The notes under the pieces were generated by a model. It searched no databases. It was not told the DNA's origin and saw only the letters and a list, made by a program, of their open reading frames with translations. Of a DNA stretch of 57,604 nucleotides, positions 48,601 to 56,713 are shown piece by piece. A program made the translations under genes and the position numbers. Origin of the DNA: an uncultured virus (IMG/VR IMGVR_UViG_3300025466_000016) (Duplodnaviria > Heunggongvirae > Uroviricota > Caudoviricetes); the IMG/VR virus record IMGVR_UViG_3300025466_000016; one strand, written 5' to 3'. Numbering within the stretch: position 1 is the first letter of the stretch; every line of letters begins with the position of its first letter.

Positions 48601-49023
48601 ACAATCAACATTAACCCAATTACACAATTACCTGGTACAGGTTTAGTTGTTTGGGGTCAAGAAACACGTAGCGGTGACAGCACAGCACGTAATCGTGTTA
48701 ACGTTGTTCGTTTAGAAAATTACCTAAGAACAATTTTCAAATCAGTCAGCGGTGGATTCTTGTTTGAACCAAACGACACAGTAACAAGAAAATCTTTAGC
48801 ACATCAAATTGAAAGTGCATTACATGATGTTCTAAGTAAGCGTGGTTTATATGACTTCTTGGTAATTTGCGATACAAGCAATAATACACCAAGCGTTATA
48901 GCTAATAACCAGTTGTATGTAGACGTAGCAATTGAACCAGTTAAGGATGTTGAGTTTATCTATATCCCAATCGCTTTGTATAACCCGGGTACAATCGCAA
49001 GCCTGGGCGCAGCATCAACCTAA
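45682..49023 (+). CDS. Tail sheath protein (T4 gp18-like), enlarged
   Basis: MALVSPGVQI, PWFAPAG..RG, LY...INPI, WGQ.T, RVNVVRL, FEPND, EFIYIPI; TAAATA at 45644-45649. Confidence 0.95.
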   Translation: MALVSPGVQISVNDQSQYVASNVGSVPLVVLATAQDKTYNNAAATGTSKAAAGKLQSFTSQRDLVTAMGTPTFQLSSAGTPLNGSELNEYGLLAAYSALGLGNQLYAIRADIDLNQLQGTHVRPAGNVADGTFWLDLGNTEFGIYVFNAVTGTFSHVNPTLITDQTQVTNITYNGTANVPQPNPSVGQVNTYALVFVDQAGATTNAIRLWYKSALSNTWVQVGSPEWQTALPVVTATVSGVGSLLTGQTLYINGQSVTSTANPATLDNLVSNINTIMTGKGVSARNINGYLALFATSAANTSGYPAATPNGGVLLADGTGSWSAFGSTMGGTYWSPTFFYGNYAQQPSGGWTSTDSQPRPSGSIWWKTTATGTGYSPALKEFNVSLDNWVPVSAPMFTYYSDAISALDPVGGGLNIAHGQIVSVHGSNDTTPNNLRFAEQTAAVQATATGAVINLSTLAAATGTTYKISATVPGAQNTTLVTYPSNTTSYTFSGTSPSDLVTQILSANIPYVTAQLNSTTSGTTISIIHTAGGQIALTGSVFGAAGFTGSGTTVNGTGYTINSSTGVINISNFNLITTSITYSATAPYSAPADGTLWYYSNAADVDIMINTGAPYGWKGYLVAGTDSRGYPLASTDPQGVIVSASQPTSQSDGSGNMPGDLWLDSSDLINYPSLYRYTGSTWTKIDTTDHVTSNGIIFADARWDATGTTDPISGALPSTVSLLSSNYIDQDAPDYRLYPKGTLLFNTRRSGYNVKKFVANYFNSTSFPNLPNVPNAGGTLPSVSNAWVSVSGLNENGTLKAGSAAQRSLVVAALESALSSNTDIIEDNYNFNLLCAPGYPELIPGLVTLNNNRGDTGFVIGDTPMTLAPTSTALTAWNSNKNGNGLATASPYLAVYYPAGLTNDLAGNQVVVPASHAVLRTFLYSDNVSYPWFAPAGTHRGLVDNLSDIGYVDANSGAFIHNGINQGLRDALYTININPITQLPGTGLVVWGQETRSGDSTARNRVNVVRLENYLRTIFKSVSGGFLFEPNDTVTRKSLAHQIESALHDVLSKRGLYDFLVICDTSNNTPSVIANNQLYVDVAIEPVKDVEFIYIPIALYNPGTIASLGAAST

Positions 49024-49056
49024 GCATATAGATAAATAAGAGTATAGGAGAATATT

Positions 49057-49665
49057 ATGGCCGTAGCATCATTAAATAACTTTACAGTACCTCTAGCATC
49101 ACAGCCTGGTTCACAAGGCTTGTTAATGCCAAAATTAAAGTATCGCTTCCGCGCTACTTTTATTAACTTTGGTGTTAGCAATACAACTACTGAACTAACT
49201 AAACAGGTTGCAGATATTAAGCGTCCTAACGTAAACTTCAATCCAATTACCATCGATGTTTATAATAGTAAAGTATTTTTACAAGGTAAACCAGAGTGGC
49301 AAGAGACCACAGTTAATTTCCGTGACGACGCAACAGGCGCTGTTAGTAAATTAGTTGGTCAGCAGATCCAGAAGCAATTTGACTTCTTAGAGCAAGCATC
49401 AGCACCTAGCGGTATTGACTATAAGTTCCAACTTATATTTGATATGTTAGATGGTGGTAACGGCAACACAACTCCTAATGTTCTTGAATCTTGGGAATTG
49501 GACGGTTGCTTCCTAAGTTCAGTTGACTACGGTGAAATGGCTTACAATACTAGTGATCCAGTAATGATCGCATGTAACATCAAGTTCGACAATGCTGTTC
49601 AAACAGTAGGTGGCGGAGTTGGTACAAGCGTAGTTACATTAACACCAGGCGGAACAGTTAATTAA
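49057..49665 (+). CDS. Tail tube protein (T4 gp19-like)
   Basis: Follows the sheath; YRFR, GKPEW..TTVNFRDD, W.L.GCF...VDYG; TAAATA at 49033-49038, SD AGGAG. Confidence 0.9.
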   Translation: MAVASLNNFTVPLASQPGSQGLLMPKLKYRFRATFINFGVSNTTTELTKQVADIKRPNVNFNPITIDVYNSKVFLQGKPEWQETTVNFRDDATGAVSKLVGQQIQKQFDFLEQASAPSGIDYKFQLIFDMLDGGNGNTTPNVLESWELDGCFLSSVDYGEMAYNTSDPVMIACNIKFDNAVQTVGGGVGTSVVTLTPGGTVN

Positions 49666-49687
49666 TTAACACGAAGCAAAACTTTAG

Positions 49688-49716
49688 AACCCGGACATAA
49701 AAATCCGGGTTTTTTT
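49688..49716 (+). terminator. Intrinsic terminator after the tail tube gene
   Basis: AACCCGGA-cataaaaa-TCCGGGTT-TTTTT. Confidence 0.85.
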
Positions 49717-49733
49717 ATGGCATAAATATTAGT

Positions 49734-51185
49734 ATGGCAACACAATATAAAACCTTAGATGATAATAAAACAGGCACAGTAACTCTACGCGACTACCGCC
49801 ATGCGGCCCGTGTGTTTACCGATTCTAACTATCGCCTAAGTCCCAAATACGGATTTTTATTCTACGTCGAGTTTGATTTCAATCCGTTGATTACCAATGT
49901 TAGCAACACTACAGCAATGGAAATGGGTATGATTGTCAAGAGTGTTGGCCTTCCAAAATTTACCATTGATGTTAAGCCACACAATGCTTATAATCGCAAA
50001 AACTTTGTACAGAATTCAATCAAATACGAACCTGTTACAATTACATTTCACGATGACCAGGCAGACAATGTGCGTAACTTCTGGTATGACTATTATAGTT
50101 TCTTTTATCGTGATCCAGACTTTGCCGATGCTACATATCAGGCTCCACACAAATATCAAAGCCGTCCAAGTTTTGATTGGGGATATACTCCTCGCCCTAC
50201 AGTAGGCTATAATAATGCCAATGGTGCTCAACCTTATCAATACATACAGGCTGTTAGAATTTACAGTATGTACCAAGGTAATTTTAGTGAATACGAATTA
50301 GTTAATCCTATTATTACAACTTTCAAACACGGTGAACACAATAACAGCGGCGACGCCGCATTATTACAACACGAAATGAGTTTACAATTTGAAACAGTAA
50401 AATATCAAACAGGATATGTAACTGATAATACAGTTGGCGGATTTATTGATCTACACTATGACAGTAATCCAACACCTAATCCAAATTCTGAAGGTTCAGT
50501 ACAGCCAGGCACCTTTCCAAATACAATAACAGATTTAGCAAACAATTCAACAGCAATTAATCCGTCATTGAGAACTAACCAAGCACTAGCCAGTGCGTCA
50601 TTCGATACTACTGGCGCATTTGCAACAGCCTTAGGCGGGGCAGTAAACGTAGCGGCAAGAACAAATACCAACGCTGGCGGAGTTAGTATTCCAAGTCTTG
50701 GCAGCCTGACACAAGGTCTTACAAGTAGTGCGGTACTAGGACAACAGCTACAAGCCGCCGGAGTAAACTTAGTTGGCTCCTCAGTTTCTAAATTAGCCAA
50801 TGGTGTAGTAGGAGGCGTAGCAGCTGGACTTGGTTCAAACGGTACTGCCATTGTTGGCCTAGCAGCAGCCGCAATAAAAAATCCTAATGCTGTATTGAAT
50901 ACCGTTGAACAAATGGCAACTAATTATGCCGTTGGTATGGTAACTAACTTTGTTAATAAAGAAGTTGGACTAGCAACAAATTATATTGCTGGCCAAGTTC
51001 AAAGTGGAGTTAGTTATGTTGCTGGACAGCTCAACTCGGGATTGTCATTTGCTGGCGCAAGTACATTCACTGGCGGATTGCAAAACACCGTTAATGATGT
51101 TTCATATTCCCTTGGACTGGGTTCTGGATCCGGAGTACAAAACATTGGTGGCGTAGATATACCATTCTCAGCATTAAACGATTAA
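49734..51185 (+). CDS. Tube-fold baseplate/tail tube initiator protein (gp48/gp54-like) with Gly/Ala-rich C-terminus
   Basis: VKSVGLPKF...YEPVTITFHDD tube-like motif; position after the tube gene. Confidence 0.65.
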   Translation: MATQYKTLDDNKTGTVTLRDYRHAARVFTDSNYRLSPKYGFLFYVEFDFNPLITNVSNTTAMEMGMIVKSVGLPKFTIDVKPHNAYNRKNFVQNSIKYEPVTITFHDDQADNVRNFWYDYYSFFYRDPDFADATYQAPHKYQSRPSFDWGYTPRPTVGYNNANGAQPYQYIQAVRIYSMYQGNFSEYELVNPIITTFKHGEHNNSGDAALLQHEMSLQFETVKYQTGYVTDNTVGGFIDLHYDSNPTPNPNSEGSVQPGTFPNTITDLANNSTAINPSLRTNQALASASFDTTGAFATALGGAVNVAARTNTNAGGVSIPSLGSLTQGLTSSAVLGQQLQAAGVNLVGSSVSKLANGVVGGVAAGLGSNGTAIVGLAAAAIKNPNAVLNTVEQMATNYAVGMVTNFVNKEVGLATNYIAGQVQSGVSYVAGQLNSGLSFAGASTFTGGLQNTVNDVSYSLGLGSGSGVQNIGGVDIPFSALND

Positions 51186-51186
51186 T

Positions 51187-51585
51187 ATGGCAACTAATAC
51201 TCAAATTTCAACAGCAACCAACTTGCAAGGCCCAGATATATCGGCTGGTTCTTCACAGAACAACGCATCAAAATATTTTAATAATTTTTATGCATCGTCT
51301 TTTAATATTTCCGCCGATGCCAATGCTGCCATACTTACATTTTTTCAACAGTATACTGGCAATGCCGACGCTGGACAAAATTTAGCGGCCGCGGTTGTGT
51401 ATACAGCACTGGCACAAAAGTTAAATCCGATGGTAATACTTGATGAGTTTCAGAAATTATCTAAAGGTGAACTTAATAATTACCTAGTAGCATTTTTAAA
51501 TATCACTCGTAGCCCAACAAGTATATTAGGAACACGGCATGCGGTCCAAACGAATCCCTACGTAGCAAGAACAGTTTTAATTTAA
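51187..51585 (+). CDS. Hypothetical (probable baseplate) protein
   Basis: 132-aa ORF tightly packed in the late operon. Confidence 0.6.
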   Translation: MATNTQISTATNLQGPDISAGSSQNNASKYFNNFYASSFNISADANAAILTFFQQYTGNADAGQNLAAAVVYTALAQKLNPMVILDEFQKLSKGELNNYLVAFLNITRSPTSILGTRHAVQTNPYVARTVLI

Positions 51586-51589
51586 TACA

Positions 51590-52021
51590 ATGTCTAAATA
51601 CGCACAAGGCAAATTTCAACTACAAAATCCACAAAAGTATGTAGGAAACAAAACTCCAACTTATCGTTCGAGTTGGGAATATGTGTTCATGCAATTTTGT
51701 GATAATAACCCAAACGTACTACAATGGGCTAGCGAAGCCGTTCATATCAATTATCGTAATCCGTTAACTGGTAAAAATACAATATACGTACCGGACTTTT
51801 TAATTACCTATGGTGATGCTAACGGTAAACAACACGCAGAAGTAGTAGAAGTTAAACCCAAAAAAGAAACTACATTAGAAGGTGCTAAGAATATACGCGA
51901 CCAAGCTGCCGCTATACTTAACATGGCAAAATGGGAAGCTGCACGTCGTTGGTGTTCCGCACACGGGCTTACATTTAGGGTAGTTACCGAAGATATGATT
52001 TTCCATCAAGGTAAGAGATAA
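51590..52021 (+). CDS. Head completion nuclease (T4 gp4-like)
   Basis: NPQKYVG, YRSSWE, WASE, YVPDF, VEVKP, AKWEAA, FRVVTE. Confidence 0.92.
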   Translation: MSKYAQGKFQLQNPQKYVGNKTPTYRSSWEYVFMQFCDNNPNVLQWASEAVHINYRNPLTGKNTIYVPDFLITYGDANGKQHAEVVEVKPKKETTLEGAKNIRDQAAAILNMAKWEAARRWCSAHGLTFRVVTEDMIFHQGKR

Positions 52022-52038
52022 TACCAATAAATATTGGT

Positions 52039-52542
52039 ATGACTAAAAAATTAGAAGAACTCTTTAATTTACCCGCAACAGACGATAGTGTAGATGTTAC
52101 ACAACAAGAAGCCACTGATTTCATACACGACAATCAAGCGGTAATCACCGAAGTTAATCAAGCAATAGATAAAATAGACGCCGCCCTTCCTACAGTTCGG
52201 GACTTAGATACCGGCGACAGCGAACTAGATGAATTAGCAACTCTAGCCCAGAGCAAAGCTGAAGATCTTATTGATTTAGGTATGAATGTAGAGCCACGCT
52301 TTAGTGGTGTTATACTACAAACAGCGGGCGTAATGCTAGGACATGCTATTACAGCCAAAACAGCTAAATTAGATAAGAAACTTAAAATGGTACAGCTACA
52401 ATTAGCCAAAGCCAAGTTAGATTATCAAATAGAAAAAGACGCTAAAAACGCCAATCCTGTAGAAGAAGCTGTAGAAGGGCACGGGGTAGTATTTGATCGC
52501 AACGAGCTACTAAAACAGATACTTGGTAAGCAGGACAAATAA
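52039..52542 (+). CDS. Probable terminase small subunit (gp16-like)
   Basis: Size, helical hairpin pattern (DLIDLGMNVEPR) and C-terminal VFDRNELLK; late promoter; no other candidate seen in the window. Confidence 0.45.
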   Translation: MTKKLEELFNLPATDDSVDVTQQEATDFIHDNQAVITEVNQAIDKIDAALPTVRDLDTGDSELDELATLAQSKAEDLIDLGMNVEPRFSGVILQTAGVMLGHAITAKTAKLDKKLKMVQLQLAKAKLDYQIEKDAKNANPVEEAVEGHGVVFDRNELLKQILGKQDK

Positions 52543-52577
52543 TTAAATTAGTATAAATATACAATAATAGGAATATA

Positions 52578-53174
52578 ATGATGAAGCCGTTCCAAAGTTA
52601 CATTTTTGAATTAAGCAAGCCAAGCGAATTCCGCATCAAGTTGGCTGGCATTGAGCCAACCGGCGATGTTATGGATCGTATCAAACACGCTCTTGAAACA
52701 TATCAGCTAGAAAGCGTAAGTGCTGTTAAACATTTACCAATTCAAGAACACCGTGAATTCCCACAATGGGGCGGTGCATGTGAAGCCTGGCAATTTGATG
52801 TTAAAGTTACATACCCAGCTACACAAGTTGGTATTCGTACACTAATGAAAGACCGTGCCGGTCTAAATCCAGATTGGATTTGTGTACGCAATCTACACGA
52901 AGCTGAATACACAGATGAAGCCGAAGCACCAGACGCCGATGCTGCTAAAGGTGCATTGTTAGATCAACCAGACCTAGGCGGAAGCACAGAAGGTCCAGCA
53001 TTAGTTGGACAAGTGCGTATTGGTAGTTTATTAAAAGAATTAGAATCAAGAAAGTTTGAATTTGCTCAAGACAGTAAAGAAGCAGGTAAAACAACAAACA
53101 ACTTACCACAGGGTAATCTAGATCCAGTGGGTAGTAAACAAAACAAAATTTATCGCAAACCAAAAGGCAATTAA
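52578..53174 (+). CDS. Hypothetical late protein, possibly head-internal
   Basis: TATAAATA at 52552-52559; N-terminus MKPFQSYIFE resembles the T4 capsid-targeting sequence. Confidence 0.65.
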   Translation: MMKPFQSYIFELSKPSEFRIKLAGIEPTGDVMDRIKHALETYQLESVSAVKHLPIQEHREFPQWGGACEAWQFDVKVTYPATQVGIRTLMKDRAGLNPDWICVRNLHEAEYTDEAEAPDADAAKGALLDQPDLGGSTEGPALVGQVRIGSLLKELESRKFEFAQDSKEAGKTTNNLPQGNLDPVGSKQNKIYRKPKGN

Positions 53175-53175
53175 C

Positions 53176-54879
53176 ATGAGCAAGAATCATCCACACGACA
53201 ATATCTATTCCATCCTTGGAAAGTTAGAAGCATTAAAGCCAACTCCACAAGAGAAATATGAATCTGTACTAAAGCAGATACACGAAAGTGTTGAAGCTCA
53301 AGGTTCTATTATTGCCGGCGTTGATTCAGTTCAGGCTCGACTAGCAGAAGCGTTTGCCGCAGAGAAAGCGATTAACCCATATGCTGTTGGTATGGCTGCC
53401 GCTAAGAAGAAATTTGGTTACGGTGAAAAGCCAGCACACGACTTGCCAAAGAAAGTGATTACTAAAGGTCACGAGATTGCCAAGAAGGTTGACGAAGAAC
53501 AAGAATGCCCAACATGTGGCAATACTCGTTGCTCTTGCAACATGGAAGAAAACGTTAAGCACACAGGTACATACGGTACAGAATACTACAAGTCAGATGA
53601 CTTTACTGGTGGAGCAGAAGACGAAGCCAAAGCAAAGAAAAAATCTGCTAAGGTAGTGCGTCACGGTGTTAAAGGTCGTCCTGCTAACGAAAAGCCGGCT
53701 GAATATACTAAGATGAATGACCCGTTTGGTCGTGTACCAGACAAAGCTCCTAAGGGAACTAAAGGTCGTGTACATAGCCCACTAGCAGAAATGATGATGC
53801 AAGTTGAGCGCCGTCTAACAGAAGGCGTTAACTTCCAAAAGCTAATGCAAGAAAAACATCAGACCGTTGATGAAATGATTGCCGAACTACAAAATGACAT
53901 GAAGGTATTTAAAGAAACAGGTCATTGCAGTGAGTTATTAAAAGATTGTATGGAAATTAAAGGTGCACACGGTAAAATGGTTGCCGATGAAACAGCACAA
54001 CATGGCATCGGTGGAAACTTTGCACCAGTTCCAGTAAAAAAGCCACATGACAGTATGCTACAAGGAATGAAAGATTTCTTTACTGGCAAACCAGAACAAG
54101 GTCAGTCATTTGGTACAGGTAAGCCAATGCCAGAAGACATGGATCCTCTAGCCGAAGAATTAAACAAACTAGCAGAATTAGCTGGATTAACAGTTGAAGC
54201 AAAAGGTAAAAAGCCAGATGCCGACAAAGATAGTATCCCCGATTGGGCAGACAAGCATCCAAACAAAGCTGGCGGCGACAAAGATCGTATTGAAGAAGAA
54301 ATTGAACAAGAAGGTAACTTGTGGGGCAAGAATGTTCGAGATGCTAAAGCAGCCGGTAAAACTCAAGCTGACTTAGACAACGATGGCGATTTAGATCCAG
54401 TGACAGAAACAGGATTTGATCAAACAGAGACTCCAGAATTTACTGTTAACTCAACTGTTGATAGCGATGGTAAAAAATCTGTTAACATTAATGCCGAAGG
54501 CGAACGTGCTGAAGAATTGTTACAAATGCTAGCAATGGCTGGGATGGGTAACAGCGACAAAGCACAAGAACTACGTTCACAAGAGCCAGTTGAAATTGAA
54601 ATGGTTGGTGAACCAGAATGCGAAGTTGAAGAAGCCTACGGCGACGAAGTAATTGACGAACCAGTTGACGAACCAGTTAACAATGCTCATCACTATGAAT
54701 ATCAGTCAATGCAAAGTACTTTAAAAACAGGTGATGCTGATTCTACAGGTGCTCATGGCAACTTTGGTGGCCCCGGTGATAACAAAATGGCGACTCGTAA
54801 AAATCGTCCACTTCCAGTTACAACACTAGAAGCTAGATTAGCTGCAGAATACGACAGTATTAAAAAACTTAGCAAATAA
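53176..54879 (+). CDS. Acidic low-complexity protein, probably head-internal and processed
   Basis: Many (L/I/V)-x-E sites, LAELAGL motif, DxDxD(G) motifs. Confidence 0.6.
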   Translation: MSKNHPHDNIYSILGKLEALKPTPQEKYESVLKQIHESVEAQGSIIAGVDSVQARLAEAFAAEKAINPYAVGMAAAKKKFGYGEKPAHDLPKKVITKGHEIAKKVDEEQECPTCGNTRCSCNMEENVKHTGTYGTEYYKSDDFTGGAEDEAKAKKKSAKVVRHGVKGRPANEKPAEYTKMNDPFGRVPDKAPKGTKGRVHSPLAEMMMQVERRLTEGVNFQKLMQEKHQTVDEMIAELQNDMKVFKETGHCSELLKDCMEIKGAHGKMVADETAQHGIGGNFAPVPVKKPHDSMLQGMKDFFTGKPEQGQSFGTGKPMPEDMDPLAEELNKLAELAGLTVEAKGKKPDADKDSIPDWADKHPNKAGGDKDRIEEEIEQEGNLWGKNVRDAKAAGKTQADLDNDGDLDPVTETGFDQTETPEFTVNSTVDSDGKKSVNINAEGERAEELLQMLAMAGMGNSDKAQELRSQEPVEIEMVGEPECEVEEAYGDEVIDEPVDEPVNNAHHYEYQSMQSTLKTGDADSTGAHGNFGGPGDNKMATRKNRPLPVTTLEARLAAEYDSIKKLSK

Positions 54880-54881
54880 AC

Positions 54882-54904
54882 AAAACGCCCGAAAGGGCGT
54901 TTTT
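54882..54904 (+). terminator. Intrinsic terminator (possibly bidirectional)
   Basis: AAAACGCCC-GAAA-GGGCGTTTTT. Confidence 0.9.
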
Positions 54905-54940
54905 AATTTCCACTTATAGCTACCCTATAAATATTTGTCC

Positions 54941-55699
54941 ATGGACAAATCCCTAGAAGAACAAATTGAATCCTATTTGGGCAAAGATCGAGTGCCTAAT
55001 CTCCATTGGCAAGCTACTATACCACCTGCTTGGGAAATACCCCCTCGATCGGCTGGAATGATGCTGTGCAATCCCGATGCACACAATACAATAGTACACC
55101 TAGACGGAGTTGATTATCAATTAAACAATTTGGGTTATCGAGCTAACTTTAATTTTGATCTCAACGAATTAAAAAATAAAAATATTTTACTAATATTAGG
55201 CGACAGCGATGCTAGTGGTCGAGGCGTTTTGTTTGATGATATGTACAGCACAAAAATACAACAAGCAACAGATTTGTGTGTTGTAAATTTAGGAATACCG
55301 GGACTAAGTCCAGATGGTATGGCACGTGTAGGAGTACAAGCAATACTAGCACTAGGGTCGGCTATTAAGCACGTTGCTGTATTGTGGCCAGTTGCAAGCC
55401 TTAGAGAATTTGTAAGTAAAAAATTTAAATCGGGAATTTATATTAATAGCGATCATGTGCCTTACGAAACGTGGTGGGATCACATAGATTGGGTAAGTAA
55501 TAACTATAACTATCAAAAAAATCATATTCTCTTAGAACAAACAGCGTTAAATGCAGGCGCCAAGTATCACGAATTATTAATTAATAGATACGATAAAACA
55601 ACACCAACAACCTACAATCTAGTAGATAATAAATTTACTGAGTTTACACCCGAATCACATACGGCTATTGCTAATTATTTTATCAAACAAATTCAATAA
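54941..55699 (+). CDS. SGNH/GDSL-like protein
   Basis: LNNLGYR, ILGDSDASG (block I), VNLGIPG (block II), C-terminal TPESHTAIA. The ATG at 54941 is preferred (TATAAATA at 54926-54933). Confidence 0.7.
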   Translation: MDKSLEEQIESYLGKDRVPNLHWQATIPPAWEIPPRSAGMMLCNPDAHNTIVHLDGVDYQLNNLGYRANFNFDLNELKNKNILLILGDSDASGRGVLFDDMYSTKIQQATDLCVVNLGIPGLSPDGMARVGVQAILALGSAIKHVAVLWPVASLREFVSKKFKSGIYINSDHVPYETWWDHIDWVSNNYNYQKNHILLEQTALNAGAKYHELLINRYDKTTPTTYNLVDNKFTEFTPESHTAIANYFIKQIQ

Positions 55700-55707
55700 A
55701 TATTACT

Positions 55708-56139
55708 ATGAAACAATATCGTATAACCAGTGAACATTTTGTACCGCAAGGAGAAACCGGCGAAGTTGATGCTGTATTAGATCCAGCCGATTTAAACGAA
55801 TTAAAGCGTTTAGCCGGGTTACCGTTTGGACTTCAAGAAGACATGAGCACCAATGGAGCCGGGCTAGTCGGCGGAAACATGGACAATGTACCACAAGCTC
55901 AAGAAAACGGATTAACAAGCCCAGTTGGCAGCAACATTAGCTGGACAGCCGCAGAACGCAATGCTCTGATTAGAAATTGTCAGTCCGAATGGCGGTGTAA
56001 TCCTGGCGATCCGTTATGGATGCTAATCATGTTTGAAAAGCCGGGGTTAAAACATCACAGCTTACAAGATGCGGTAACTGACTTTCAAAACAAAAATCCA
56101 AAAGAACGTCGACCTATTAGGCAGCTACCGGGCAATTAA
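55708..56139 (+). CDS. Hypothetical late protein with ELKRLAGL motif
   Basis: TAAATA 5 nt before the ATG; motif shared with the scaffold C-terminus. Confidence 0.65.
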   Translation: MKQYRITSEHFVPQGETGEVDAVLDPADLNELKRLAGLPFGLQEDMSTNGAGLVGGNMDNVPQAQENGLTSPVGSNISWTAAERNALIRNCQSEWRCNPGDPLWMLIMFEKPGLKHHSLQDAVTDFQNKNPKERRPIRQLPGN

Positions 56140-56647
56140 GTCCTAGGTATTGGTTCCAAGATTCTTGTTTAACAGTAAACGGCATTTCTTTCCACTTACT
56201 TACTAGACTATAATAATCGGGCTTATAAGGCATAACCTTAGGTCGCATTAGTTTGCTACCCTTACTGTGATTACAGCTCTTACAGCTAGTAGTACAATTA
56301 GTCCATACAGTTTTACCACCTGCACTACGTGGAATAACGTGGTCAATGGTCAACTCGTCGTAATCAAATACATCCTCACAGTAAGCGCAACGGAACAAGT
56401 CCCGCATGTACATATTGTAACGACTGAATTTAACAGCCTTTTTGTAATGAAAATAATCGCGAGTTACGCAGACGCTAGGTACGTTTATTGCTAGACGCTC
56501 AGAATGAATAATCCAATTTGGGTATGTTTCGATAACATGAACACGACCTAGATACATCAATTTGATAGCATGGCGCCAGTCTATTACACTTAGTGGTAAT
56601 ACACTAATAGGTTCGTAGTTTGCATTTAATAGTAGTGTGTCAGACAT
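56117..56647 (-). CDS. HNH endonuclease (McrA-like)
   Basis: RDLFRCAYC, LTIDHVIPRSAGG...W.N....C..CN..KG. Confidence 0.92.
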   Translation of the reverse strand: MSDTLLLNANYEPISVLPLSVIDWRHAIKLMYLGRVHVIETYPNWIIHSERLAINVPSVCVTRDYFHYKKAVKFSRYNMYMRDLFRCAYCEDVFDYDELTIDHVIPRSAGGKTVWTNCTTSCKSCNHSKGSKLMRPKVMPYKPDYYSLVSKWKEMPFTVKQESWNQYLGLNCPVAA

Positions 56648-56713
56648 TTGATAAACCGTTTGTTATTTGAAGTTAAATATACTTATACCAATAAGTATAA
56701 CACAAATAAGACA

